DNA of 62,970 nucleotides, counting the filler, from Octopus bimaculoides (lineage: Eukaryota): the NCBI RefSeq assembly GCF_001194135.2. It is 4 parts of 4 records of this genome, joined end to end, with 100 filler letters (N's around TTAATTAATTAA, not from the genome) between each part and the next. Parts side by side here need not be neighbours in the genome. Positions count along the whole stretch, not along the records: positions 1 to 27,715 come from NC_068982.1; 3 more parts are not named here. One strand, 5' to 3'. The position numbers were made by a program, and so were the translations under genes. Shown here one piece after another: positions 1 to 12,341 of this stretch (the first letter of the stretch is position 1; each line of letters begins with the position of its first letter). The notes under the pieces are model-generated. The model made no database searches. It worked only from the letters and a program-made list of their open reading frames with translations, and was not told the origin of the DNA.

Positions 1-45
<45 letters not shown>

Positions 46-49
46 GTAT

Positions 50-265
50 GTTTGTGTGTCTGTGTTTGTCCCCGCCAACATCGCTTGACAACCGATGCTG
101 GTGTGTTTACGTCCCCGTAACTTAGCGGTTCGGCAAAAGAGACCAATAGAATAAGTACTAGGTTTCCAAAGAATAAGTCCTGGGGTCGATTTGCTCGACT
201 AAAGGTGGTGCTCCAGCATGGCCACAGTCAAATGACTGAAACAAGTAAATGAGTAAAAAGAATAA
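50..265 (+). mobile_element. tRNA-derived SINE family B, 3' half
   Basis: tgtttgtccc...cttgacaaccgatgctggtgtgtttac...ggtgctccagcatggccacagtcaaatgactgaaacaagtaaa, repeated many times in the window. Confidence 0.8.
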
Positions 266-540
266 AGAGAGAAAGTAACAGGCATTAAAAAGAGCTTTTA
301 AAGCCTATTACTGTCTATATTCCATTATTATTTTTATCTATATTCTATTATTATTATGTTTACACATCTATATATCTATATGTCCATGTATTTTTTTAGG
401 AGTTATATATTTTTAATATATCAATATATGTTTCAGATTAGACAATTCTCATTTCATCCTAATTAAACCCGTATATGTATGTGTTAATCATAGTCTGCCT
501 GATTTGAACCTTTTCTATTGTATCTATTATACTTATATAA

Positions 541-707
541 AGCACCCACTACACTCTCGGAGTGGTTGGCATTAGGAAGAGCATCCAGCTGTAGAAACTC
601 TGCCAGATCAGATTGGAGTCTGGTGTAGTCATCTGGTTCACCAGTCACCAGTCAAATCATCCAACCCATGCTAGCATGGAAAGCGGACGTTAAATGATGA
701 TGATGAT
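541..707 (+). mobile_element. RTE LINE 3' tail, 5'-truncated
   Basis: Matches the 3' end of the RT-bearing copy at 22021-23327; ends gcggacgttaaat(gat)n. Confidence 0.85.
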
Positions 708-1128
708 ATATATANNNNNNNNNNNNNNNNNNNNNNNNNNNNNNNNNNNNNNNNNNNNNNNNNNNNNNNNNNNNNNNNNNNNNNNNNNNNNNNNNNNNNN
801 NNNNNNNNNNNNNNNNNNNNNNNNNNNNNNNNNNNNNNNNNNNNNNNNNNNNNNNNNNNNNNNNNNNNNNNNNNNNNNNNNNNNNNNNNNNNNNNNNNNN
901 NNNNNNNNNNNNNNNNNNNNNNNNNNNNNNNNNNNNNNNNNNNNNNNNNNNNNNNNNNNNNNNNNNNNNNNNNNNNNNNNNNNNNATATATATCACTAGC
1001 CTGATAGACCCCGCTATGTCAAGATGGACTTATATATTCTTCCTCACATTTGGATTTTATGTATGCTCTCTCCCACTTGGATTTAATATGTTGCCACATT
1101 TATAATATGTCTTTTTTCTGCATTTTCG

Positions 1129-1217
1129 TGCAGCTGAAGATTGCTCTTCATATTGCATTTAAGGTAATGCTCACATTACTTAAATAAATTGAAGTAGCAT
1201 GAAACGTGCGTACTGCA
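1129..1217 (+). ncRNA. Minimal type-I hammerhead ribozyme (PLE/retrozyme type)
   Basis: Stem I tgcag/ctgca; core CTGAAGA (1134-1140); stem II ttgct-cttc...gaag-t-agcat with a T.T first pair; GAAAC (1201-1205); 4-nt loop GTGC; GTA cleavage triplet (1210-1212). Confidence 0.7.
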
Positions 1218-1792
1218 ATCACTTTTGAAATCCGTGTTGCTTATTGTTTGATTTTAATCACCCATCCTTTTGGGATGCGATATTCGGGTGCCTTCGCATA
1301 AGTACCATATTCAAGCCTTGAATCTATATATATTTATATATAAATAACTTACTGTTAATAAAAGCCAGGGTGTGTTGTGTTCCATTTTTTAATAAGTGAA
1401 AAAATGTAATGTAATACACAGACAAAAAGTAAAAAGCATATGACGTAAACTGAGTGCACAAACGGACGGAAAGCAGGCACATTGTTATCCATGCACTGTT
1501 TGCTCTCGAACCTATATTCTCCACAGCTTTTGTGGGCACCACCAGCCCTGGAAGCCCCTCAGTCTTATTAATGGTGTGAAACTGAGTAATACCATCTGGT
1601 TGATAACTGATGAAGAATTAGGAACCTTCTGTGTCTTTCTTCCATCCGTTTATGCACTCAATATACATTATACATTCTTTACTTGTCGTTTGTGTATTTA
1701 CAATACATTTATTTAGACTAAATATATTTACAATACATTTATTATATATGTGTGTGTGTGTATGTATATATGTATATATATATGTGTTTGTA

Positions 1793-2070
1793 TCATCATC
1801 ATCATCATCAAAATCATCATCATCATCGAAATCATCATCATCATTTAATGTCCTCTTTCCATGTTGGCATGGGTTGGGCGGTTTGACTGGGGACTGGCAA
1901 GCCAGAAGGCTGCACCAGCCACCAATCTGATCTGGCATGGTTTTTACAGCTGGATGCCCTTCCTAACGCCAACCACTCCGAGAGTTTAGTGGGTGCTTTT
2001 TATGTGCCACCAGCATGAGGTACAGTCAGGCAATACTGGCATCGACCACACTTTTTACATTCCACTGGCA
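1793..2070 (-). mobile_element. RTE LINE 3' tail
   Basis: (cat)n then tttaatgtcctctttccatgttggcatgggttgg...cagctggatgcccttcctaacgccaaccactccgagag. Confidence 0.8.
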
Positions 2071-2085
2071 CGATATATATATATA

Positions 2086-2660
2086 TCATCATCATCGTTT
2101 AACGTCTGCTTTCCATGCTAGCATGGATTGGACGATTTGACTGAGGACTGGTGAACCAGATGGCTACACCAGGCTCCAATCTGATTTGGCAGAGTTTCTA
2201 CAGCTGGATGCCCTTCCTAACGGCAACCACTCCAAGATTGTAGTGGGTGCTTTTACGTGCCACCGGCACGAAGGCCAGTCAGGTGGTACTGGCAACAGCC
2301 ACACTCAAAATGGTGTATTTTATGTGCCACCTGCACAGGAGCCAGTCCAGCGGCNNNNNNNNNNCTGAGGACTGGTGAACCAGATGGCTACACCAGGCTC
2401 CAATCTGATTTGGCAGAGTTTCTACAGCTGGATGCCCTTCCTAACGGCAACCACTCCAAGATTGTAGTGGGTGCTTTTACGTGCCACCGGCACGAAGGCC
2501 AGTCAGGTGGTACTGGCAACAGCCACACTCAAAATGGTGTATTTTATGTGCCACCTGCACAGGAGCCAGTCCAGCGGCACTGGCAACGATCTTGCTCAAA
2601 TGTCTTTACACGTGCCACCGGCACAAGTGCCAGGAAGGCGACGCTGCACACAGATGCCAT
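2086..2660 (-). mobile_element. RTE LINE 3' UTR, younger copy containing an assembly-overlap duplication
   Basis: Same tail plus gccggtggcacgtaaaa modules; sequence either side of the 10-N gap at 2355-2364 is duplicated exactly. Confidence 0.8.
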
Positions 2661-3059
2661 CATGATATATATATATAGTTGAAATTTGCAGAAAAACAAA
2701 AGGTGAAGACATGTGTATAAACAACAAACAGGTGTATTAGTTTAACGCTCGAGAAGGTGAGAAAGTCTTTTATGTTTAAAGCCTACACTCTTCAACAGAA
2801 AGAAATATGAGGAAATAAACAGAAAGAGAATAAAAAAAACTTTTGGAGCTAGCGGTCAATCATGGCTGCTGGCTGGACAAAGGTAGTTAAACAGGAGAGC
2901 TAGGAAGAAAAGGACTTAATAAAGTATTGGTGATCCCAAAACGAAGGTGCACATGCATATGTATGTGATAGTGTGTGCGTGCATGTGGATAGGGGCTGGT
3001 GACTTTGACATGTGGATGTGTGTGTGTGTGTAAGTGAGTATGTGCATCTGTAATGTGTG

Positions 3060-3480
3060 GATATGTGGATGATGGTGTGGGTGTTGGGAAGTGGTCAGTG
3101 CTAGTGTGTGGGGGTGGCATGTTGTGGTGTGGTGGTGTGTGGTGTGGTGTGGTGGTGTGTGGTGTGGTGTGGTGTGACGGTGTTGAGATGTGGGGATGTG
3201 ATGGTGGGTGTGGAGGTGTGAGGGTGGGGTGGGGATGTGGTGGTAGGGATGGGGTATGTGGGAGTGGGATGTGTAGGGGTGTTGTGTGGATGGAGGGGGT
3301 ATCAATGAAGAGAGAAGGTGGGTAGGAATGAAGAGAGGAAGTAGGTGTCAGGGCAAGAGAGGAGAGGAAAGGTGGGTAGGAGTAAAGAGAGGAAGTAGGT
3401 GTGAGATGAAGAGAGGAGAGGAGGGGAGTCAGATGAAAAGGGGATGGGAGTTGAGCCCATGTGGGGCAAAGGAACGAAGA
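3060..3480. repeat. GT/GGT-rich then purine-rich low-complexity tract
   Basis: (tggtg)n runs followed by aagagagg/gtaggtg units, including an imperfect duplication of about 55 bp. Confidence 0.8.
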
Positions 3481-4042
3481 GAGAAGATTAATTATAATGC
3501 TAAAACACTCTGGAGACTGTGATAGTCAATAAGAAATATAATCTTAAAATTTATTTCCTCTGTGTGGTCCTTTATCAAATGATCCATGGTCCCTAATTCA
3601 CAGTGTTTTGCATCATTTACATTTATTTTTCTAGGCTGGCATGAAGTAAAATGGGAATGAAACCTCTTTACCAATCATAAAAAATGTAACTAACAGGGTT
3701 TTATGCCTTCTTGTGGATATTATTTCTGTAATGACTTTCTGAGTATTATTTCAAATTTTGTGAGCAAGGATACATTTATCAAAAGCAAATATCTGATTCT
3801 AAATACTGAAATTTGTTTCCATAATAAATATTATAAGATTACGTTTATTTTTACAGTTAATAGATATTCTTATTAATTGATTTATCTCCATTTTTGTATT
3901 TTTCTTGAATAAATATAAACCTTGGTTTATCTAATTACCTATTATTCATGAATATTATAATTAATATTCACAACAAATACTAGGTAATTCATTGGATATT
4001 ACTATCCCTTAATGAGGCTTATCTAACCTCTAATTGAACTTA

Positions 4043-4098
<56 letters not shown>

Positions 4099-4114
4099 CA
4101 TATTTTTTTTTTAT

Positions 4115-4390
4115 GTTTATAGTTTCAGCTTAGAGCTGCGGCCATGCTGATGCACCGCCGTGTATATATATATATATATATCATCATCATCATCGTCGTC
4201 ATCGTCGTTGTTGTTGTTTAACGTCTGCTTTCCATGCTGGCATGGGTTGGATTGTTCGACTGAGGGCTGGCAAGCCAGAAGGCTGCTCCAGGCTTCAATC
4301 TGATCTAGCAATGTTTCTACAGCTGGATGCCCTTCCTAACACCAACTACTTCGAGAGTGTAGTGGGTGCTTTTTACGTGCCACCAGTATG
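4115..4390 (-). mobile_element. RTE tail (4181-4390) followed, across (TA)n, by SINE-B terminal fragment (4115-4160)
   Basis: tttaacgtctgctttccatgctggcatggg... and gtttcag...gcggccatgctgatgcaccgcc. Confidence 0.75.
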
Positions 4391-4739
4391 ATATATATCC
4401 ACACACACACACATATATTTAAAATAAGCTGTGCATCTTTTATACTATCAGAAGTGAGACATGAAATGGAAACATCTTTGTTTTGTAAATATTTATTGCT
4501 GGTTGGAATGGATAATGAAGCAGCAAACAAAATATTTATTAACAATAAACTGTTCAATATCTGCATTTGTTTCTCTCATTTATTTATTCTTTCATATAAG
4601 AGTTATCATATACCTTCCGCTGTCTATCAATGCTTAGCAGTTTTACATGGATGTTTAAATTGATACTAGTAAATGATAGCAGAAACATAATTTAATCATT
4701 ATAATCATTATTCACAGACACACACATATGTATGTGAGT

Positions 4740-4787
<48 letters not shown>

Positions 4788-4884
4788 GTGTGCGTGTGTG
4801 TGTGTGCACGCGTGTGCGTGTGTGCACGCGTGTGTGTGTGCACGCATGTGTGTGTGCACGCATGTGTGTGTGTGTACATACACA

Positions 4885-5125
4885 GGTCCTCGTTTAGGGT
4901 CCCAGAGAAGTGCAACATTATGTCTTTGGCCAACTATATATGGTATTTAAAAGAGGGAATGCCAGACAGGATTAAATGGAAGCTCCTAGAACAGCCTGAA
5001 CCATACCTCAACAGAAGGAGATGATGCAAACCTTGCTTGACTGAGAAGACAAAGATCCTAAAAAATTCACTTGATCCAAAAAGTGAGGTGCTTAGTTGTG
5101 CTCTCATGAGAGAAAATTTATATTG
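4885..5125 (+). pseudogene. Penelope-like GIY-YIG endonuclease C-terminal fragment
   Basis: [40 protein letters not shown]...SEVLSC matches the PLE pattern IW.LK...IKW..L....PY....C.LCL.EK..I. Confidence 0.7.
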
Positions 5126-5189
5126 GTGACATGGGCTTCCCCACTTGCTGACTAGTGAATGGAAAATGTACATAAAGTAACACAACTGA

Positions 5190-5470
5190 ACCTGCTATTG
5201 CTTTGGGCCAACCAAAGCCTTGCAAATGGCTTTAGTAGACAGAAACTGAAAGAAGCTTTCATGTGTGTGTGTGTCTTTGTGGCTGTGTTTGTCCCCAACC
5301 ACTGCTTGACAACTGGTTTTGGTGTGTTTATATCCTTGTAGCCAAGTGGTTCAGTGATAGAGGCTGATAGAACAAGTACCAGGTAAAAAAAATAAATCCT
5401 GGAGTCGATTCATTCTAGACTGCACCAGCATGACGGCAGTCTAACAAGAGATAAAAGCAAATAAAAGATA
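5190..5470 (+). mobile_element. SINE family B, decayed
   Basis: gccaaccaaagccttgc...gaaactgaaagaagc (TG)n gtccccaaccactgcttgacaactgg...gaacaagtacc. Confidence 0.7.
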
Positions 5471-6277
5471 AAAGACAAAAAGTAAAAGATATATGTGTGT
5501 GTGTGTGTGTGTGTACCATTTATTTGTATATGTGGGACTAATATAAACTGTATTTAAAATGCTAGGTGACTTATGAAAGTTTCGGCAGCTATTTTCAGCA
5601 TGTTTAGCAACCATGTATCAGCAACCTGTCCAACAAAATTGTCAGCAACTGAAAGAAATTTCTGTCTTCCTCTCTCTATCTTATATTTTCTATTTCTTAT
5701 CTTCAGAGTAGTTGGTTAAACAAGCCAGACAGCTTGTTACTTCAACAAAGTGGTTGCCTTTAGAGACCGTGTAAATATTAATTTCATAATTTGGGTGAAT
5801 TATAGAAGTACATAATTGTCATTATAAGAAGATTTACAAAATGGTTGCTGAAATATTGGCTACTGCTGGTCAATCTAATATATGTGAGACATTACTCTTA
5901 GTTCTTCATTATTAATAGCTGAAAGCCTGCAAAGCTTGAAGCTTGGGAGTAAATGGCTAAAATTGATGAAAAAAATAAAAGAAAAATGTACATGGTCGTA
6001 TGAGAATATATTTATGTATATACATATACATACTAAAAGCTTTTTGTTTCTTCGATGCAAAAAATATAACAATGCATATGTGATAGTGCATAAAGTTTCT
6101 TTCTTTTTTATTATGACACACACAGGTATATTTATATCTATATCTGTATCTATCTATCTATCTATATGTGTGTGTATGTATTATGTATATATGTGTGTGT
6201 TATGTATGTATGTGTGTATGTGTGTGTATGTGTGTGTGTATGCATGTGTGTATGGTTGTGTGTGTGTGTGTGTGTAT

Positions 6278-6373
<96 letters not shown>

Positions 6374-6469
6374 TCATATATTCTTTTAATGGTTTCAGTT
6401 GCTGGACTGCAGCCATGCTAGATCACTGCTTTAATTTTTTTCTTTTAGTTTTGTTGTCTCTTTATGATT

Positions 6470-6900
6470 GAAAGTTAGTCGATGATCGAGTTTGTAGTTG
6501 CTAATGTCCACTGAGTGTATCCTTGAATGGTTGATTTGTTCAGTATCATCATTAAGAGTTCATCCAATGCTTCTTTTGAAAGTTTCAATAGAAGTCTTTT
6601 TTATATTTCTAATCCCTTTAGGTAAACAGTTGAATACATGAGGAGCTCTGAATATTAAGACTGGCACAGTAGAATATTTTTGCTTGTGAGTTTGAAGATG
6701 GTATATTTGGAAGCTGACAGTATACGCACATATACCAACTCTTCCATGTGTTAACATGTGCCTCCTAATGACAATGTAGGCTTCATTTAATCAAGATACC
6801 CTTGGCCTGAGGAATGGTCTGTGGTTTACACCTTGCTTGAATATTTACCACTTCCAAGGTTCCACTCGCTATGAAACATATGTAGCTTGGATTTTTTCTA
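6470..6900 (-). pseudogene. CR1/L2-like LINE ORF2 C-terminus remnant
   Basis: Minus frames give IFRAPHVFNCLPKGIRNIKKTSIETFKR and LDELL...GYTQ...TNSIID*, a typical post-RT C-terminal pattern. Confidence 0.6.
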
Positions 6901-7134
6901 TTCCATTCCTTAGCTCGTATTTTTATTCACATACTCTGCAACCCTGGCTGCATACAGTGATATATAAAATACTTTTTCCAGATTATCATATTTCAATGCG
7001 AAAAAATCCACAACTTTCTGCCCTGATAAACCACTATTGTTCCTAAAGGTTGTTTCTTATATTTTCTATGGATTGCTTGAAGTTCATCTTCTTCCTACAC
7101 CTCGATCTTTGGATCTTACATTTATATATATATA

Positions 7135-7810
7135 TATGGATGTGGATAGCTGTGTGAAGAAATGCTGATCTGTACCAGTGGAGGGAAGCTGTGGAAGAGG
7201 GAGACCCAGGAAGGCATGAATGAGATGAGGTATTTGAAGCATGATCTTCAACGTTGGGCCTCACAGAGGCAAAGACTAGTGACTGAAACTTTTGGTGATA
7301 GGCCATGATTGAAAGACCCATCAAACCAAGTGAAATCATAGTTATAGCCATTGTTGGTGTCATGTAACTGGTACCCGTGCCAGTGGCATGTAAAGAGTAC
7401 CTTTCAAGTGTTGGGCCTCACAGAAGCAATGTGGCCAATGCCAATGTCGCATAACTAACACCCATGTCAATGGCGCATAAAAAGCACTTTTCAAGCACTG
7501 GGCCTCACAGAGGCAATGGCAAATGACTGAGACCTTTGGCAATATGTTGTACTTGAGAAGACCCATCAACTTAAGTGAAATCATAGTCATGACAAATACT
7601 GGCGTCACGAATGTGGCACCCATGCCAGTGGCATGTAAAAACACTCATTACACTCTTGGAGTGGTTGGCATTAGTAAGAGCATCTGACCATAGAAACCGT
7701 GCCAAATCAGACTGGAGTTTGGTGCAGCCCCTCAGCTTACCAGCACTGGTTAAACCATCCAGACCATGCCAGCATGGAAAGCGGATACTAAATGATGATG
7801 ATGATGATGA
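7135..7810 (+). mobile_element. RTE LINE 3' fragment (ORF end plus 3' UTR)
   Basis: MDVDSCVKKC*SVPVEGSCGRGRPRK, then the shared tail ending gcggatactaaat(gat)n. Confidence 0.85.
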
Positions 7811-7817
7811 TATATAA

Positions 7818-7877
<60 letters not shown>

Positions 7878-8129
7878 GGAGATAAAGAAAGAGACAAAGT
7901 GTGTGAGAAAATGAGAGACTGGCAATAAAGATAGAGATCTTGTTTTCTAAAACCCTCCCAATGTGATGTCTCTTGTATGATTACAATCTTTCGTTATTAT
8001 TCACATTATGTGATTACAATAACAAATATTAATCATCCATTAATAATTGTTATATAATAAATATTAGTGATTATTTTGTTGTATAACTTGTATTTATTAC
8101 TAATTACATGAGTTTATAGATTCATGATT

Positions 8130-8450
8130 GTTACTGAAATGGTATTAGTATCACAAGACACTACATGGGCATGACTACCAATAAATTATGCACAACTTAC
8201 GCACTCCTTCAGGTGCAGGGATAGGGAAGACTCTACCTCCCTGTCTTGCTTCATCTGGAAACTCCATGCCCATCAGAGTGATTTGCTCAGCATCAAATGG
8301 AGTATCATTGACAAAGCCCCACCTTACTCACCCAGAACTTGCAAATTGTCAACTCTGCCTATGTGAGAAACTATACATACTCTATCAACCTGTAATATCC
8401 ATCAATAGAAAAAATGAACTATCTCATTATTGTCACTAGGGATTTATGAA
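8130..8450 (+). pseudogene. Penelope-like GIY-YIG C-terminal fragment
   Basis: IKWSIIDKAPPYSPRTCK / CQLCLCEKLYILYQPVISINRKNELSHYCH (frameshifted). Confidence 0.75.
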
Positions 8451-9739
8451 TTTCAAGTCACTGGTAGCTGGTAATCCAGATATATCACTCTATGCCTGAT
8501 TGCCCACACAAAACAGGGAGTATTAAGCCATGTTGCCAGTAAACTACACCCCAACCCATGCTGATTATCCAGCTTCAACTTTTAACCTAGCACCATCAAA
8601 TCTGGTTACTCTCATGTAAAGACTGCTGCCATTTATCGTTCGTTTAACGTCCGCTTTCCATGCTAACCCGGTTTCACCCGGTCAGTTTGTATGATGTGGC
8701 TGTAAAACCTGCTCTGTGTAAGCATTCGACTTGTTTGGGCACACACGTCAAAAAACAATTTTAGAATGACTTTTTTCTGTCAAAACGCTAAAAATAACTG
8801 ACCAGCAAAAAAACCCAACCAAGATTCAACCAAATCTAAAAATAAACCCAAATACTAAGCAAACAAAGATGAACCATCCCACTTCCATTGCACGCACGCA
8901 TGCACACACAAACACACACACATTCACATACTCCACTTTTACATACACACACATATATTCACACAGAGTTGAAGCACTGTTTGATTTATTTTTTCAGCAT
9001 ACAATTTTCATCATCCCACTACCAAATATGACATCACCCCTTCCTTCCTTTTTCATCTATCACCCCTTCCTTTCTCATTCATATATACAAGAGTATTATT
9101 ATAGTAGATTATCTCGGTAACCATGGGAGCTATGAAAAAATACAAAGCCCAGCATTACCACCGGATCATTCTACACATTTGTGTAATTTTTCATGCAATT
9201 CCACCCAGCCGTTTGACCGTGAATCCCAAGACAAGAAAGAATCGCCCATGTCAAATTTATATGTATAGATACTCCACTGAATGACCACCAAGCTACTGAA
9301 CTCATGACACCCCATTTTGCCACGTGTAGCATCAAATGCAATGAACTGATATCCCTCCAAACATTTTACTGCAGCATACTGTCTTAGTGGTGTGGCTCCT
9401 TGCCAACATCTGTTTGAGCTCATAGGCCAAAGAAAAAAGAAAAAGGTGATATCACTTCCACAGCAATAACACCTCATGGCCTGAGCTGCACAATAGAAAC
9501 CTAGCATCTAGAAGCCATCTTAAATTTGTCTCAAGTCCTATTGCGCTTCTTTAGATACTTGATGAGATGGATTCGTCCTATGAGCCCAGGGAACATTAAG
9601 CCATATCGAACTGAGTCAAACTGTTATTAAATAATAGATATATGTATACGTGTGTGCATGAATAAATGTACATGTATATATGGGTATATGTATACAGGTA
9701 TGTAATGTATGTATGCATGTTTTTATGTCTCTTCTATTT

Positions 9740-10320
9740 TTCAATTATTATAAATCTTCCACTGTCGTGGGAGCTGGTTTCCAACAAAGATACAAGGCTC
9801 CATCTTTGGGATGAAGTTAACAGACAAATTTACATTTGGAACTTGATAAAAGTCTTGCATATTTTTACTGTTCCACTCACAGATTGGACTTGTATGAATC
9901 AGCTGGTGAATTTCTCTTTCTGAATTTTCCCAGTTTATCCAGATTCTCCTTTAAGCATTTACTAACAAAACCTAGTGCTCCAATTATTATTGGTATGAAT
10001 ATGAATTTATAGTCTGGATATAGAAGCTGGAGGTTTCAAAGCAGTTGTCCATAGATATCCTTTTTTTGCTTTGATTTTCAAAGAGATATTTTTATCTGCA
10101 GGACAGCTAACTTCTGTGATAGTACATACCTTTGTTCCTCTGACCCAAACAACAATATCTGGCCTGTTATGCTTACATTTGACAGAAGTTTTGATTGGAA
10201 TATTCCACCAATATTCCATGAATTGGTGTTTATGAATGTATTCCATAACAGAGAGATTTTCTAAGTTTATTTCAGGATAGTCTTTTTTGCGGATTGCATT
10301 GCAAATTGTTTTAGCAATGT
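9740..10320 (-). pseudogene. Non-LTR retrotransposon restriction-like endonuclease (R4/NeSL/CRE-type) 3' fragment
   Basis: YWWNIPIKTSVKCKHNRPDIVVW...CTITEVSCPADKNISLKIKAKK, then in another frame YPDYKFIFIPIIIGALGFV: RPD..(D/E)..K and IGALG motifs. Confidence 0.75.
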
Positions 10321-10475
10321 ATGTATGTATGTATGTATGTATGTATGTATGTATGTATGTATGTAGCAATTTGTTCAGTTTCTTTTAGTGACAAAGAAAA
10401 GCAAAGATAATACAAATTCCTTTTCTACTGTGAAGTTGAGTGGTTTAAAGAGGTACAACAGTCATTTGGCTATAA

Positions 10476-10482
10476 AAGCAAT

Positions 10483-10555
<73 letters not shown>

Positions 10556-10578
10556 ACCACCACTACCACTACTACTCT
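10476..10578. repeat. Compound (CTA)n(CTG)n microsatellite
   Basis: Read directly. Confidence 0.95.
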
Positions 10579-12039
10579 TTTAAATTACCCTGCACTATCC
10601 TAGAAGAAAAAAAGGGCATAAGATAATATCAAAAGAGTAGAAAATGTTTGAGGAAAACAGACTAGGTAATCCAGGATTAAGAAGACCTGTGATCAAAGGA
10701 ATACTTTTGATCAAAGGTCTGATTTAATCAAAAACAACAACAACCAGCAATACAGATTTTATTTTCAGGATATTATTTTAATTTTATTATTCTCTTTGTG
10801 AAATAATATCTAACTCTAAGGACAACACACTGTTGATCATTATATAGAGACTAGATATCCAGTATATATGTGTGTGAATATTTGGTGGTATGTGTGTTTT
10901 GTAAGCTTTAAATGTTGGTTGACTCACCTCATAAAACTTAAGTGTTTATGTAATGTATAAACAGTAAGTCCGCCAAATATGAACCCATCCTTACAATCAG
11001 GTAACATGCTTCACTGAAAGTCACACCTACTTTGCTGGTTGTCGTTTCCATTTAACCCCAGATCAACTCTGATTAAGCAGACTCATGATCAAAGCTATTC
11101 TGGTTATGACTATTTTCAGCTTTGAATAAGCAGGTCTATAATGAAAGGCATTCTGGCTCTTTTACTTCATAGAGAGAAATAGTAGAGTTCAATATAAGGA
11201 GCTACTTTGGAAAAGGATGGTAATAAGAAGTATAAAGGGAAATAAGAGAATAAAAGTAGAAATAAAGATATATGTAGGATGTTATAGTTGCAGTTCCATT
11301 ATCCAAGGAAAATGGTGCGCAAAAGTGGTAGAAATGCTTCTTGTCCATGGGATATAAATTCCGATAGTTCATATTTTGTCATTACAAATAGAAAGTGTGG
11401 TAACGTATATTTCATGTGCTGTTCATTCAAAGGGGTCTTGTGGTGTGAGTGAAATTTTGAGAAAGTAGATAGAGAGGAGAGAAAAGAGGTGTATGTTAAA
11501 ATAAGGAAAATGGTCAAAAGGAATGTGAGGAAAGAAAAAAGAAAGAAAGGGGAAGAGAAAATGAAAAAAGGAGTGTTTCTTGGTGGTCAAGATGTTATGA
11601 GGGGGGATGGGAGAGGTGTAAGGGAAGGATAGGAACAGATAAGAATGTAAGGAACGAATATGTGAGGAGTGGGGGTGGGTTGGAGGATGGGTACAGAAAA
11701 TGGTACAGTGGAGGGAGGGGTTACTAAAGTGAGTAGAGAACCTTAAAAAGGAAGAAAAGAATAATAAGATATAATGGTCAAGTTTCTAAAAATAGATGGA
11801 GGTGTTTCTTGTACTGGCTAATGTGATAGTGGGGGTGGGGGTGAAGAATCAGAGAGGGAAAGAAAGAAATGTATATTGATATACGCATGCATGCACACAC
11901 ATACATATACATGTGTATATGCACTATAATATAGGCCTGCATACTTATGTACTTAAACCTATATGCATATATACATAGATATATATATGCACACACACAT
12001 ATGCACCCATAAATATATGCACACGCACATACCAGCGTC

Positions 12040-12341
12040 ACCTTACTGGCACATGAAAATACATTCAAGCGAGGTCATTGGCAGTGCCGCTGGACTGGCT
12101 CCTGTGCAGGTGGCACGTAAACAACACCATTTGAGCATGGCCGTTGCCAGCACCGCCTGACTGGCCCTCATGCCGGTGACATGTAAGAGCACCCACTACC
12201 CTCTCGGAGTGCTTGGCGTTGGGAAGGGTATCCAGCTGTAGAAACTCTGTCAGATCGGATTGGAGCCTGGTGCAGCCATCTGGTTCACCAGTCCTCAGTC
12301 AAATCGTCCAACCCATGCTAGACGATTTGACTGAGGACTGG
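12040..12341 (+). mobile_element. RTE 3' UTR copy ending in a foldback
   Basis: Tail homology up to ccatgctag, then a reverse-complement copy of the preceding 21 nt. Confidence 0.8.

Noticed and set aside
1560-1620. GAAAC-tga-GTA followed by CTGATGA (type-II hammerhead order)
   Set aside because: Stem I does not pair.
2140-2580. Exact direct duplication of an RTE tail (similar cases at 22380-22450 and 31750-31905)
   Set aside because: Identical copies flank a 10-N gap, the signature of unmerged overlapping contigs.
5575-5710. Minus-strand CTGAAGA...GCCGAAAC possible hammerhead, and a plus-strand pseudo-exon LVKQARQLVTSTKWLPLETV*
   Set aside because: Stem II does not pair and stem III lacks the closing G; the peptide is unrecognised and unsupported.
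5936-6471. ORFs rich in YI/CV/TH/LS repeats here and throughout the track
   Set aside because: Translations of (TA)n, (TG)n, (CA)n and (CT)n microsatellites.
8665-9620. Possible DNA-transposon remnant (aacccggtttcacccgg start, Cys-containing frames)
   Set aside because: No matching second TIR or diagnostic transposase motif found.
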